From: Alphaproteobacteria bacterium
GTDB taxonomy: Bacteria; Pseudomonadota; Alphaproteobacteria; UBA828
DNA: 64,000 bases
Direction of reading: 5' to 3'
Assembly (NCBI GenBank): GCA_963667785.2
Contig: CAXXMU010000002.1
Coordinates: 320,001 to 384,000 of the forward strand
The position numbers were made by a program, and so were the translations under genes. The notes under the pieces were generated by a model, which worked only from the letters and a program-made list of their open reading frames with translations, was not told the origin of the DNA and searched no databases. Below are positions 38,547 to 47,018 of this stretch, one piece after another. How positions within the stretch are numbered: the first letter of the stretch is position 1; every line of letters starts with the position of its first letter.

Positions 38547-39633
38547 AGCGCTCGACCTCTCGTCGGCGCTCTCGGGCGAGACCCTGCTCGAGGCCGCGGC
38601 GATGGTGCTGGGGTTCATCGCCCTCCTTTTCGTGACGTCGCTGATCCTGCCAGGGCGCCGCATCACGGGCCCGGATGCCGACGGGAACGAGCGCGTCTAC
38701 AAGCTCAACGGCCTCGCGCTCTTTGTCATCACCTTGCTCGTTGCGGGCCTCGCCCAGGGCTTCGGCTGGTTCTCCCTCTCGGTGCTGCATACCCACCTGC
38801 TCGCCCTCTTCGTCGTGGCGAACGGATTCGCGTTCGCTTTCTCCGGCTGGCTCTACCTGCGCGGGGTGCTCAGGCCCCGTTCGGAGTCCGGGTCCTGGCG
38901 GGACTTTTTCGACGGGGTGGATGCCGCTCCGTACTGGCTCGGGCTGGATATCAAGCTCTTCAGCTACTGCCCCTCCCTCATCGGCCTGGCGCTCTTCAAC
39001 GCATCGTTTGCCGCCGTGCAGTACGAGACCTACGGCGAGCTGACCCTGGCGATGATGCTCTATCAGACCTTCACGTTCCTGTACGTGCTCAACTACTTCC
39101 AGTTCGAGCAGGGGATGATCCATACCTGGGACATCGTCCGCGAGCGCTTCGGCTGGAATCTGGTCTGGGGCGACTACGTGCTGGTGCCCTTCTTCTACTG
39201 TCTCCCCGGCTGGTGGCTGGTCCACGCGCCGGAGCCGCTGTCGCCGGCCGCCGCCGCCGGGATCGTCGTGCTCTTCCTGTTCGGCTTCTGGATCTTCCGT
39301 GGTTCCAACCAGCAGAAGCACCGCTTCAAGCGCGACCCCACTGTCAAGATCTGGGGGCAACCCGCCAAGACCCTGGACGGGCGCCTCCTCGTCTCCGGCT
39401 TCTGGGGCATCGGGCGGCACCTCAACTATACGGGTGAGATCTGCGTCTACCTCACTTTCGCCCTCACCACCGGGTTTGTCTCCTGGGCTCCGTTCCTGTT
39501 GCCGGCGTGGGTCGCGGGTCTGCTGTGGCACCGTTCGATACGCGACGAGCGCCGCTGCCGCGCCAAGTATGGCGAGCTGTGGGAGCGCTACACGCAGAAG
39601 GCCCGCTTCGCGATGCTGCCCTTCATCCACTGA
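38533..39633 (+). CDS. ERG4/ERG24/DHCR7-family sterol reductase (probably Delta14)
   Basis: YKLNG, DIVRERFGWNLVWGD, SNQQKHRFK, LLVSGFWGIGRHLNYTGE, RDERRCRAKYG. Confidence 0.9.
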   Translation: MPPPEALDLSSALSGETLLEAAAMVLGFIALLFVTSLILPGRRITGPDADGNERVYKLNGLALFVITLLVAGLAQGFGWFSLSVLHTHLLALFVVANGFAFAFSGWLYLRGVLRPRSESGSWRDFFDGVDAAPYWLGLDIKLFSYCPSLIGLALFNASFAAVQYETYGELTLAMMLYQTFTFLYVLNYFQFEQGMIHTWDIVRERFGWNLVWGDYVLVPFFYCLPGWWLVHAPEPLSPAAAAGIVVLFLFGFWIFRGSNQQKHRFKRDPTVKIWGQPAKTLDGRLLVSGFWGIGRHLNYTGEICVYLTFALTTGFVSWAPFLLPAWVAGLLWHRSIRDERRCRAKYGELWERYTQKARFAMLPFIH

Positions 39634-39641
39634 GAACGGAG

Positions 39642-41051
39642 ATGGCCAACCCATCCCATAGCATGGCGACCCTGCCTTCGGCGGATCTCCCACCGCGGGC
39701 GGACGAGACACTTCCCGAGCTCGCGGGCAGGTGGCCGCTGCTCGGCCATCTGCCCGAGTTCCAGAGGGATCCGGTCGCCATGTTGAGCCGCGGCTGGCGC
39801 GAGCATGGCGAGCTCTTCCGTTTCCGGCTCGGGACCCGCGCGTTCGTTCTCTTCACCGGGCCCCAGGCCCACGACTTCTATTTCAGGACGCCCGAGGAGC
39901 AGCTGAACGCCAAGGCCGTCTATCGCTTCACCGTCCCCATCTTCGGACGCGGCGTGGCCTACGACACCTCCCCCGACATCATGGCGGAACAGCTGGGCTT
40001 TCTCTTTCCGGCGCTCCGCGAAGCGGCCATGCGCAGGTTCGCCCTCATCATGTTCGAGGAAGCGTGGCAGTTCGCCGACGCCCTCGGCGACGATGGGGAA
40101 ATCGATCTGCCGCACGCGATGAACGAGCTCACGGTCAAGATCGCGAGCCGCTGCCTGATCGGACAGGAAGTCCGCGATCGGGTGGACACCGGCTTTGCCG
40201 AGACCTACCACGACCTGCAGAAGGGCATTAACACCCTGGGATTCTTCCTGCCCAATCTTCCCGTCGCGTCGCATCGAAAGCGCGACAGGGCCCGGCGACG
40301 GGTGGCGGAGCTCTTCGGGCAGATCATGGCGGCGCGCCGGGACGCCGGGGCCAGCCCCGACGACTTCATGCAGACGCTCATGGACGCCCGGTACAAGAAC
40401 GGCCACTCTCTGAGCGACGACGAGATCACAGGGATCCTGCTGACGGTGCTGTTCGCGGGCCAGCACACCAGCGCGGTGCTCGCGACCTGGACCGGTCTGG
40501 AGCTTTTCAGGGCGCCATCCTACCTGGCGCGGGTGAGAGACGAGGCAGAGGACGTCTACCGCGAAGCGGGGTCCATGAGCATCGACAGCCTCCAGCGCCA
40601 GCCGGCTCTGGAGAACGCCGTCCGCGAGTGCGAGCGGCTGCACCCGCCGCTGATACTGCTGGTCCGAAAGGTGCTCGAGCCCCTGCGCTATGGAGAGCGC
40701 GTCGTGCCTGCCGGCACCATGGCCATGGTGTCGCCGGCGGTCTCGCACCGCCTGCCCCACATCTTCGCCGACCCGGAGCGCTTCTTCCCCGACCGCTTCG
40801 CGTCTCCCGCCTGCGAGGACAAGCAACACCGCTACGCCCTGATCGGCTTCGGCGGCGGCAAGCACGCGTGCATGGGGAAGAATTTCGCGTACATGCAGCT
40901 CAAGGCGATCTGGACCGTTCTGCTCGATCGCTTCGAGTTCTCCCCCAGCGGCGCCTTTCCGCGTCCGAACTACGGTAGCTGGGTGACGGGACCCGAGAGA
41001 CCGTGCCGCGTCCGCTACCGTCGTCGCTCGCAGCCGAGCGTCTTCCGATGA
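39642..41051 (+). CDS. cyp51: Cytochrome P450 CYP51-type sterol 14-alpha-demethylase
   Basis: YRFTVPIFGRGVAYD, LFAGQHTS I-helix, ExxR, GFGGGKHACMG heme motif. Confidence 0.9.
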   Translation: MANPSHSMATLPSADLPPRADETLPELAGRWPLLGHLPEFQRDPVAMLSRGWREHGELFRFRLGTRAFVLFTGPQAHDFYFRTPEEQLNAKAVYRFTVPIFGRGVAYDTSPDIMAEQLGFLFPALREAAMRRFALIMFEEAWQFADALGDDGEIDLPHAMNELTVKIASRCLIGQEVRDRVDTGFAETYHDLQKGINTLGFFLPNLPVASHRKRDRARRRVAELFGQIMAARRDAGASPDDFMQTLMDARYKNGHSLSDDEITGILLTVLFAGQHTSAVLATWTGLELFRAPSYLARVRDEAEDVYREAGSMSIDSLQRQPALENAVRECERLHPPLILLVRKVLEPLRYGERVVPAGTMAMVSPAVSHRLPHIFADPERFFPDRFASPACEDKQHRYALIGFGGGKHACMGKNFAYMQLKAIWTVLLDRFEFSPSGAFPRPNYGSWVTGPERPCRVRYRRRSQPSVFR

Positions 41052-44000
41052 GCGGCGCCGCGTCGCGGCGTTACGACGTGGCCATTGTCGGCGCGGGGCC
41101 GGTGGGGAGCCTGTGCGCGCTCGCTCACGCACGGAAGGGCGCCCGGGTGGCCCTGCTGGAAGCGAACCCCAAGGCGTCCGGGCGCCTGGCGGGCGAATGG
41201 CTGCATCCGCCTGGCGTGCGGATACTGCAGCACTTCGGGATCGGGCTCGACACCCTGCCTCGCAGCACCGCGGGCAAGGGATTCGTGGTATTTCCCGATG
41301 ACGGCTCGGAGCCGATCGTCCTTCCCTACTTGAACGGCTCGCAGGGTCTGGCCTGCGAACATGCGCTGCTCGTCTCGAAGCTGCGGGAAGCCGCGGAGAA
41401 CGAGACGGATGTGGACTTCTTCACCCACGCGCGGGTGAGTGCGGTCGAAGACGGGCGGTTGGCCTATACCAACAACGGCACGGTTCACTCCGTCGACGCC
41501 GAGCGGATCATCGGCGCCGACGGGCGGGCGTCGGTCGTGCGCCAGTCCCTGGGCCTGTCGACGGAGCCGGTTCACTGCTCGCGGATGCTGGGGATCACCG
41601 TGAGCGACGTGAGCCTGCCCTTCGAGGGTCACGGGCACGTGCTGCTCGGCGGGCCGGGGCCGATTCTCGCATACGGTCTGGCAAACGATTGCGTCCGGAT
41701 CATCGTCGACGTTCCGCTGGACCGTTGGACACGCCAGGATCGGGTCGGCTTCCTGACGGAATCCTATGCAACGCTGCTGCCGGAGGCTCTCATGCCGGCG
41801 TTCGTCGACGCGGTGCGCGCGGGGCAATTCCACGTTGCGGCCAATCAGTTGCGGCCGCGCGTCACGTACGGCACCCCGCGTCGCGTGCTGATCGGCGACG
41901 CGGCCGGGCACTACCATCCGATGACGGCGGTCGGCATGACCCTCGGCTTTGGCGATGCGCTTGCCCTCGCCGAGGGCGGGAGCTTTCGCGACTTCGCCGC
42001 CGGGCGTTTCCGGGCGACCCGCGTGCCGGAGATGCTCGCCATGGGGCTCTACGAGGTCTTTGCCGATCATCGGGCCGAGGCGGTGGCGATGAGACACGCG
42101 GTCTACTGGGGATTGCGGGCGAACTCCGATTACCGGGAGCGGACAACGCGGATTCTCGCCTGCGAAGACCGATCCGCGTTCGTCATGGGTCTCGCGTTCT
42201 TCGGAACGGCGGCCCGGGCGGCGGTCGTGGAGATTCCGCTCTCCTTCCGCCGGTTCGCGCCGCGTCAGGGCCTGAAGATCTTCGGTGCGCTCACCGTTCG
42301 TCTCTTGTGGCTCCTGCGCTGGGCTCTGCAGCTGCGCCAGTCGCGACGCCAGGGCGGGCAGAATGACGAGCGGGCCCTGGACAGCCTGTCCCGCGCGCTT
42401 CTGCACTCCATGCCGCCGAGGCTCGACGCGTCCGGGCAAGGCCGGCCGAAGGACGCCGAGGCGGCCGACGCCGGTCCGGCCTTGAGGAGCGCGACCGCGC
42501 GCCTCCTGAGTCTCCAGGGCGAGGACGGTGGCTGGGAAGGCGAGATGGTCTGGTGCCCCATGCTCACCGCGCAATACGTGCTGCTGCACCACATCATCGG
42601 GCGGCCGCTCGAGCCCGGCCGGCGCCGGCGCGTGCTGCGCTCCTTCGAACGAACTCGTCTCGAAGGCGGCTCATGGGGCCTGCACGAGCATTCTACGCCC
42701 CACCTCTTCGTCACCGCCCTGGTCTACGTCGCCGCCCGGCTGCTCGGGGTCGAGCGGGACGATCCCCTGGTCGAGCCGGCCCGGCGCTTCATTGAGGCCG
42801 AGGGGATCGTGGGCATTCCCAGCTGGGGGAAGTTCTGGCTGGCGCTCCTGAACCTCTACGACTGGCGCGGGGTCAACGCCGTTCTGCCGGAGCTGTGGAG
42901 CCTGCCGCGGCGCTTGCCCCTGCACCCCTCGAATTGGTACTGCCACACCCGGCTCATCTACATGGCCATGGCGGCGATCTACCCGCACCGCTTCCAGGCG
43001 CCCGTCACGCCCTCGATCGCGGCGCTGCGGGAGGAGCTGTACCCCCAGGGATTTGCCGAGGCGGATTTCTCCGCCGCCCGCGACCGCCTGCGGGAGGCCG
43101 ACCTCTACGCACGGCCGAGCGTGTGGCTCAAGGTTGGATACAAGATTGCGCGCGTGTTCGATCGGCTCCACGGCAAGCGCCTGCGCGCCCGTTGCACGGA
43201 GGCGATCGTCAGGCAGATCAGATGGGAGCTGCGAACCACCAGCCATACGAGCATCTCTCCGGTGAGCGGCCTCCTCAACATGCTTGCGCTCTGGCTGCGC
43301 GATCCGGACGATGCCGACCTCCACCGGGCGCTCGCGAAGCTGGACGACTGGATCTGGGAAGACGAGGACGAGGGCGCGCGCGTCGTCGGCGCGAGAAGCG
43401 CCTCGTGGGACAGCGGCTTCGCGCTGCAGGCGCTGGCGGCGGTGCCCGCGTTCGACGGGGTGGGGGACGCGCTGCGGCGCGGCGCCGACTTCCTGCTCGG
43501 GGAGCAGATCGCCGCCAGCTTCGACGGGTTTCGCGAGGCCTATCGTACCGACCCCAGGGGCGGCTGGTGCTTTGCCGGGGGGTGGCACGGCTGGCCGGTG
43601 AGCGACTGCACCGCGGAAGCGGTGCTCGGACTTCACGCCGCCGGTCGTGGCGCCACGCACGCGGGCGCGTTGCGCGATGCGGTCGGGTTCATGCTGCGCT
43701 GCCAGAACCGCGACGGCGGATTCGGCAGCTACGAGGCGCGGCGCTCGGCGTTCGGTCTGGAGTGGATGAATCCGGCCGAGATGTTCGGCGACTCGATGAC
43801 CGAGCAATCCTACGTCGAGTGCACCGCGTCCTGCCTCGCGGCGCTCGCCGCCTGCGTGGAGGAGGTTCCGCACATCGCGGACGGAGCGGTGACGGGCGCG
43901 ATCGCTCGGGGCGATGCCTGGCTGCGCCGGACTCAGGCGAGCGACGGCTCGTGGCGCGGCGTGTGGGGGGTTCAGTTCATCTACGGCACGCTCTTCGGGG

Positions 44001-44473
44001 TCAGGGGTCTTCTCGCCGCCGGGGCCGGCCCCGGCGATCCGGCGCTGCGCTCGGCCTGCCGCTGGCTGCTGGAGCGCCAGCGGGCAGATGGGGGATGGGG
44101 CGAGCACCACAGCGGATGCCTGAGCGGCCGATACGTCCCGCACGAGGAAAGCCAGGTCATCCAGACCGCGTGGGCGTTGATCGCGCTGCTCGAGGCGGGC
44201 GAATCGAACTGGACCGCGATTGCGCGGGGCGCCCGCTTCCTGCTCGACACGCTGGACGGGGACGGGACATGGCCCAAGCAGGACATGGTGGGCGTGTTCT
44301 TCCGAACGGCGCTCCTGGACTACGTGCTCTATCGACAGTATTTCCCGCTGCACGCGCTGGCCCTCTACGAGCAGCGCCGCCGAGAGCGGCTGGGCCTCGC
44401 CGCCCCCGCCGCCTGCACCACCGCCGCACCGCCGCCCCCGCCCGAAGCGGCTGCCGCCTGTTCGCTTTCCTGA
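41048..44473 (+). CDS. Squalene epoxidase-oxidosqualene cyclase fusion protein (1141 aa)
   Basis: N-half: GAGPVG, GEWLHPPG, GADG, GDAAGHYHPMTAVGMT; C-half: QW repeats, YCHTR, VSDCTAE, NPAEMFGD, YVECT. Confidence 0.9.
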   Translation: MSGAASRRYDVAIVGAGPVGSLCALAHARKGARVALLEANPKASGRLAGEWLHPPGVRILQHFGIGLDTLPRSTAGKGFVVFPDDGSEPIVLPYLNGSQGLACEHALLVSKLREAAENETDVDFFTHARVSAVEDGRLAYTNNGTVHSVDAERIIGADGRASVVRQSLGLSTEPVHCSRMLGITVSDVSLPFEGHGHVLLGGPGPILAYGLANDCVRIIVDVPLDRWTRQDRVGFLTESYATLLPEALMPAFVDAVRAGQFHVAANQLRPRVTYGTPRRVLIGDAAGHYHPMTAVGMTLGFGDALALAEGGSFRDFAAGRFRATRVPEMLAMGLYEVFADHRAEAVAMRHAVYWGLRANSDYRERTTRILACEDRSAFVMGLAFFGTAARAAVVEIPLSFRRFAPRQGLKIFGALTVRLLWLLRWALQLRQSRRQGGQNDERALDSLSRALLHSMPPRLDASGQGRPKDAEAADAGPALRSATARLLSLQGEDGGWEGEMVWCPMLTAQYVLLHHIIGRPLEPGRRRRVLRSFERTRLEGGSWGLHEHSTPHLFVTALVYVAARLLGVERDDPLVEPARRFIEAEGIVGIPSWGKFWLALLNLYDWRGVNAVLPELWSLPRRLPLHPSNWYCHTRLIYMAMAAIYPHRFQAPVTPSIAALREELYPQGFAEADFSAARDRLREADLYARPSVWLKVGYKIARVFDRLHGKRLRARCTEAIVRQIRWELRTTSHTSISPVSGLLNMLALWLRDPDDADLHRALAKLDDWIWEDEDEGARVVGARSASWDSGFALQALAAVPAFDGVGDALRRGADFLLGEQIAASFDGFREAYRTDPRGGWCFAGGWHGWPVSDCTAEAVLGLHAAGRGATHAGALRDAVGFMLRCQNRDGGFGSYEARRSAFGLEWMNPAEMFGDSMTEQSYVECTASCLAALAACVEEVPHIADGAVTGAIARGDAWLRRTQASDGSWRGVWGVQFIYGTLFGVRGLLAAGAGPGDPALRSACRWLLERQRADGGWGEHHSGCLSGRYVPHEESQVIQTAWALIALLEAGESNWTAIARGARFLLDTLDGDGTWPKQDMVGVFFRTALLDYVLYRQYFPLHALALYEQRRRERLGLAAPAACTTAAPPPPPEAAAACSLS

Positions 44474-44520
44474 GCGTCGGCGGCCTCGCGCAGGGCCGCG
44501 CGGCCGAAAGTCCGCGTCGT

Positions 44521-45552
44521 TCAGTCGCGCGAGTGCCCGGGCTTGCGGGCCAGGAAATAGAACATCGGCGTGAAGACGCCGGACCTGCCGCCGTCCACCA
44601 GCGCGTCCGCCCCCGCATTCAGGATCGTGCTGACCGCGCGGGCGCCCTCGGGAAAGAGCCGCAGCCTCTCGCCGACCCGCAAGGTCAGATTGGTCAGCGC
44701 GCGGCCGAGTGGCGTGCGCGGAATGCTCGAAAGGTTGAGGTCACGGCCCTGCAAGGCACGGTACCAGGGCATCGCCGGGTCCGCTTCGGGCGCGCGGTCG
44801 CGCGCTTCCAGCAGATCGAACCCCGCCCTTTGCAATGCGGCGGAAACCTCCGACGTGGTCGCGATATCCGGCAGCCCATTGCCGATCATGATGTCGTTCT
44901 TGATTCGCAGGTGCTCCGCGTTGGCGGGATCGAATTTCTCGGTGAGGCACCACTCGTAGCCCGCGAAACAGGCCCCCGGACGCAGCACGCGCAGAACCTC
45001 GCGGAACGCGCCCGTCTTGTCGGGCGCGTGGGGCATGGACTCGATCGCGATGGCAGCATCGTAGCGGCCGTCTTCGTCGGGAATCTGCATGTAATCGCCG
45101 TGAATGAAGCGGCACAACGATTCCACATCGCGGGTGTGAAGTTTGGCGCGCTCGATCTGATAGGCGTTATTGTTGATGCCGACAAAGCTGGCCCCGGTTC
45201 GGCGCGCCAGATTGCCCATCGGCCCGCCGACCCCGCATCCGACATCGAGCACGTGCATACCCGGCTTCAGGGACAGCTCTTCAGCCAGAAAATGCTGGTG
45301 CCGGAGCAGCGATGCCTTGAAGCTCTCGCCCCGCCTTCGGGGAGCGAAGTGAAAGGACTGACCCCAGCCGAACTCGTAGAAGTCGGTGACCAGGTCGTAG
45401 TAGCGATTCACGAAGGAGCGATAATGCTCCTTCCTGCGCTCCGGGCCGGCGTCGTAGATTTCGGTGTATTCGTCGACGGTGGGCTTCACCTCGTCCGGGG
45501 CAAGGTCCGCGAGGGTGCGCGGTTTCGATCGCGTGGCGGAAGGACGATTCAT
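44521..45552 (-). CDS. smt: Sterol C-24 methyltransferase (SMT/ERG6 family)
   Basis: YYDLVTDFYEFGWGQSFHFA (region I), LDVGCGVGGP, NNNAYQ, IESMPHAP, YEWCLT, FTPMFYFLARKP. Confidence 0.9.
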   Translation of the reverse strand: MNRPSATRSKPRTLADLAPDEVKPTVDEYTEIYDAGPERRKEHYRSFVNRYYDLVTDFYEFGWGQSFHFAPRRRGESFKASLLRHQHFLAEELSLKPGMHVLDVGCGVGGPMGNLARRTGASFVGINNNAYQIERAKLHTRDVESLCRFIHGDYMQIPDEDGRYDAAIAIESMPHAPDKTGAFREVLRVLRPGACFAGYEWCLTEKFDPANAEHLRIKNDIMIGNGLPDIATTSEVSAALQRAGFDLLEARDRAPEADPAMPWYRALQGRDLNLSSIPRTPLGRALTNLTLRVGERLRLFPEGARAVSTILNAGADALVDGGRSGVFTPMFYFLARKPGHSRD

Positions 45553-45740
45553 CGGCACATTCTGCCAGAGCCGCACGTCGTCCCCAAGACCGGAATATTG
45601 CGGGAGGTCCCAACACCTCGCTTCTTGACCCAGATATCGACGGCGTCCAGAGCATGGCGCCTTTGTATACGGCGCCGGACTCTCCGCAGGGTACAATGCG
45701 ACGCGCCGCAACGCTGCAGCGTCTGAGAGGACCGGATCAC

Positions 45741-46475
45741 ATGCCAGAAGAGCAGGCGGACGGGGCCCCTTCCGAACCCGGCGCGCGCCGGGTTCGGTTG
45801 GCGATCCCGCCGATCGTGTTTACGGGGCTTGTCATCGCGAGTCTGACCGTGGCCGGTATCGGGGCGCGCTACGGCGTTCGCGGCGATTTCGACGTTATCC
45901 ATGGACTTCTGATCCTCTTCTTTTCCGTCAATCTGGTGATCTGCTATTGGGAAATCTGCCTGTTCTTCAGGCGCGACTACATCGAGAAGCGCGCCGAATA
46001 CTGGCATGAACGCCGGCAGAAAACAGGCCGAACGTCGGGCATCGAGTTCCTTACCGGACCTGTTCCGTTGAGGCGAATACTATCCTTGACGACATGGGCG
46101 GACGTCTGGGCCACGTATTCGCAGTTTGACACTTCGTACACCGACCGGCGCACATATGGTTACAACGTGGACATCGCCAACGGCTTCGTAACGCCGGTGC
46201 CGATGCTGATTCTTTTCGCCGCCTTCACCGTCGACTTCCTGCCCGCCCTCGTCGCCGGCATCATCGGGGCGATGATGTTCTGGCAGTTGGCCTACGCGAC
46301 ATCGGTCTATTGGGTCAGCTTCTTCGTGGCCAAGCGGCAGAGCCGCATCCGCCGAAAGGACCTCTACATCTACATCTGGGCTCTGAACTGCCCGTGGGTG
46401 CTGTTCGCCCTGCTGGGACTCTACGTCTCGATTCGCCTGATCGTGAACGGCGACTACAGCGTTCTCGGCTATTGA
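45741..46475 (+). CDS. Membrane protein, EBP/EXPERA-like (candidate sterol Delta8-Delta7 isomerase)
   Basis: About 5 TM segments; WATYSQFDTSY and ALNCPW resemble EBP WxxYxxxDxRY and NxxW; adjacent to the sterol genes. Confidence 0.55.
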   Translation: MPEEQADGAPSEPGARRVRLAIPPIVFTGLVIASLTVAGIGARYGVRGDFDVIHGLLILFFSVNLVICYWEICLFFRRDYIEKRAEYWHERRQKTGRTSGIEFLTGPVPLRRILSLTTWADVWATYSQFDTSYTDRRTYGYNVDIANGFVTPVPMLILFAAFTVDFLPALVAGIIGAMMFWQLAYATSVYWVSFFVAKRQSRIRRKDLYIYIWALNCPWVLFALLGLYVSIRLIVNGDYSVLGY

Positions 46476-46646
46476 TCGCGGCATTTCCAGATCGCCTTCG
46501 GCAAGGCAGACGGCGACACGTCCGGGCACGGCGCCGCCCCGCGCCGCCCGTTCCGCCGCCAGCCGAAGGGGCCTCGTCGTCGAACCTTTCCGCGCTCGAA
46601 GCTCAGACACCCCGCTGCTCGTCTTCCAGGAAAGTCGTCATAGCTC

Positions 46647-47018
46647 ATGCAGAAGACAGCCGTCATAGACGGTCTCCAGTACGCCAACTGGTCGGACAAG
46701 GTATTTCGACAGATGGGCGACAGACATGTCGTCGCCATCCATGTCACCATCTGCTACCACGAGAACTTTCGTGAAACCGTCGCGAACATTGCCGCCTGGA
46801 GCCGGCGTTTCGATCAGTTCTCCGAACTGATTTTCCCGCTCCACTCGGCGGACGATGTCGACAGGGCGATGAGGGAGGAACGCACGGCCATCGTGTTCGG
46901 CTGCCAGAACTGCTCGCCGATCGAGAACGACATCGATCTCGTTCGCATATGCCGGCCGCTCGCCCACGGCAGCTGGCTGCGCTTCTTCCGGGAGTCGTTC
47001 AGCCCGCAGGGCTCGTGA
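46647..47018 (+). pseudogene. Membrane (renal-type, M19) dipeptidase with a large in-frame internal deletion
   Basis: N-terminal IDGLQYANWS...FGCQNCSPIENDI is fused directly to a C-terminal-like GSWLRFFRESF; only 123 aa. Confidence 0.7.

Noticed and set aside
36292-44473. Hopanoid cluster (HpnA plus squalene-hopene cyclase)
   Set aside because: The cyclase has DCTAE rather than DXDD and is linked to an epoxidase, CYP51 and a sterol reductase
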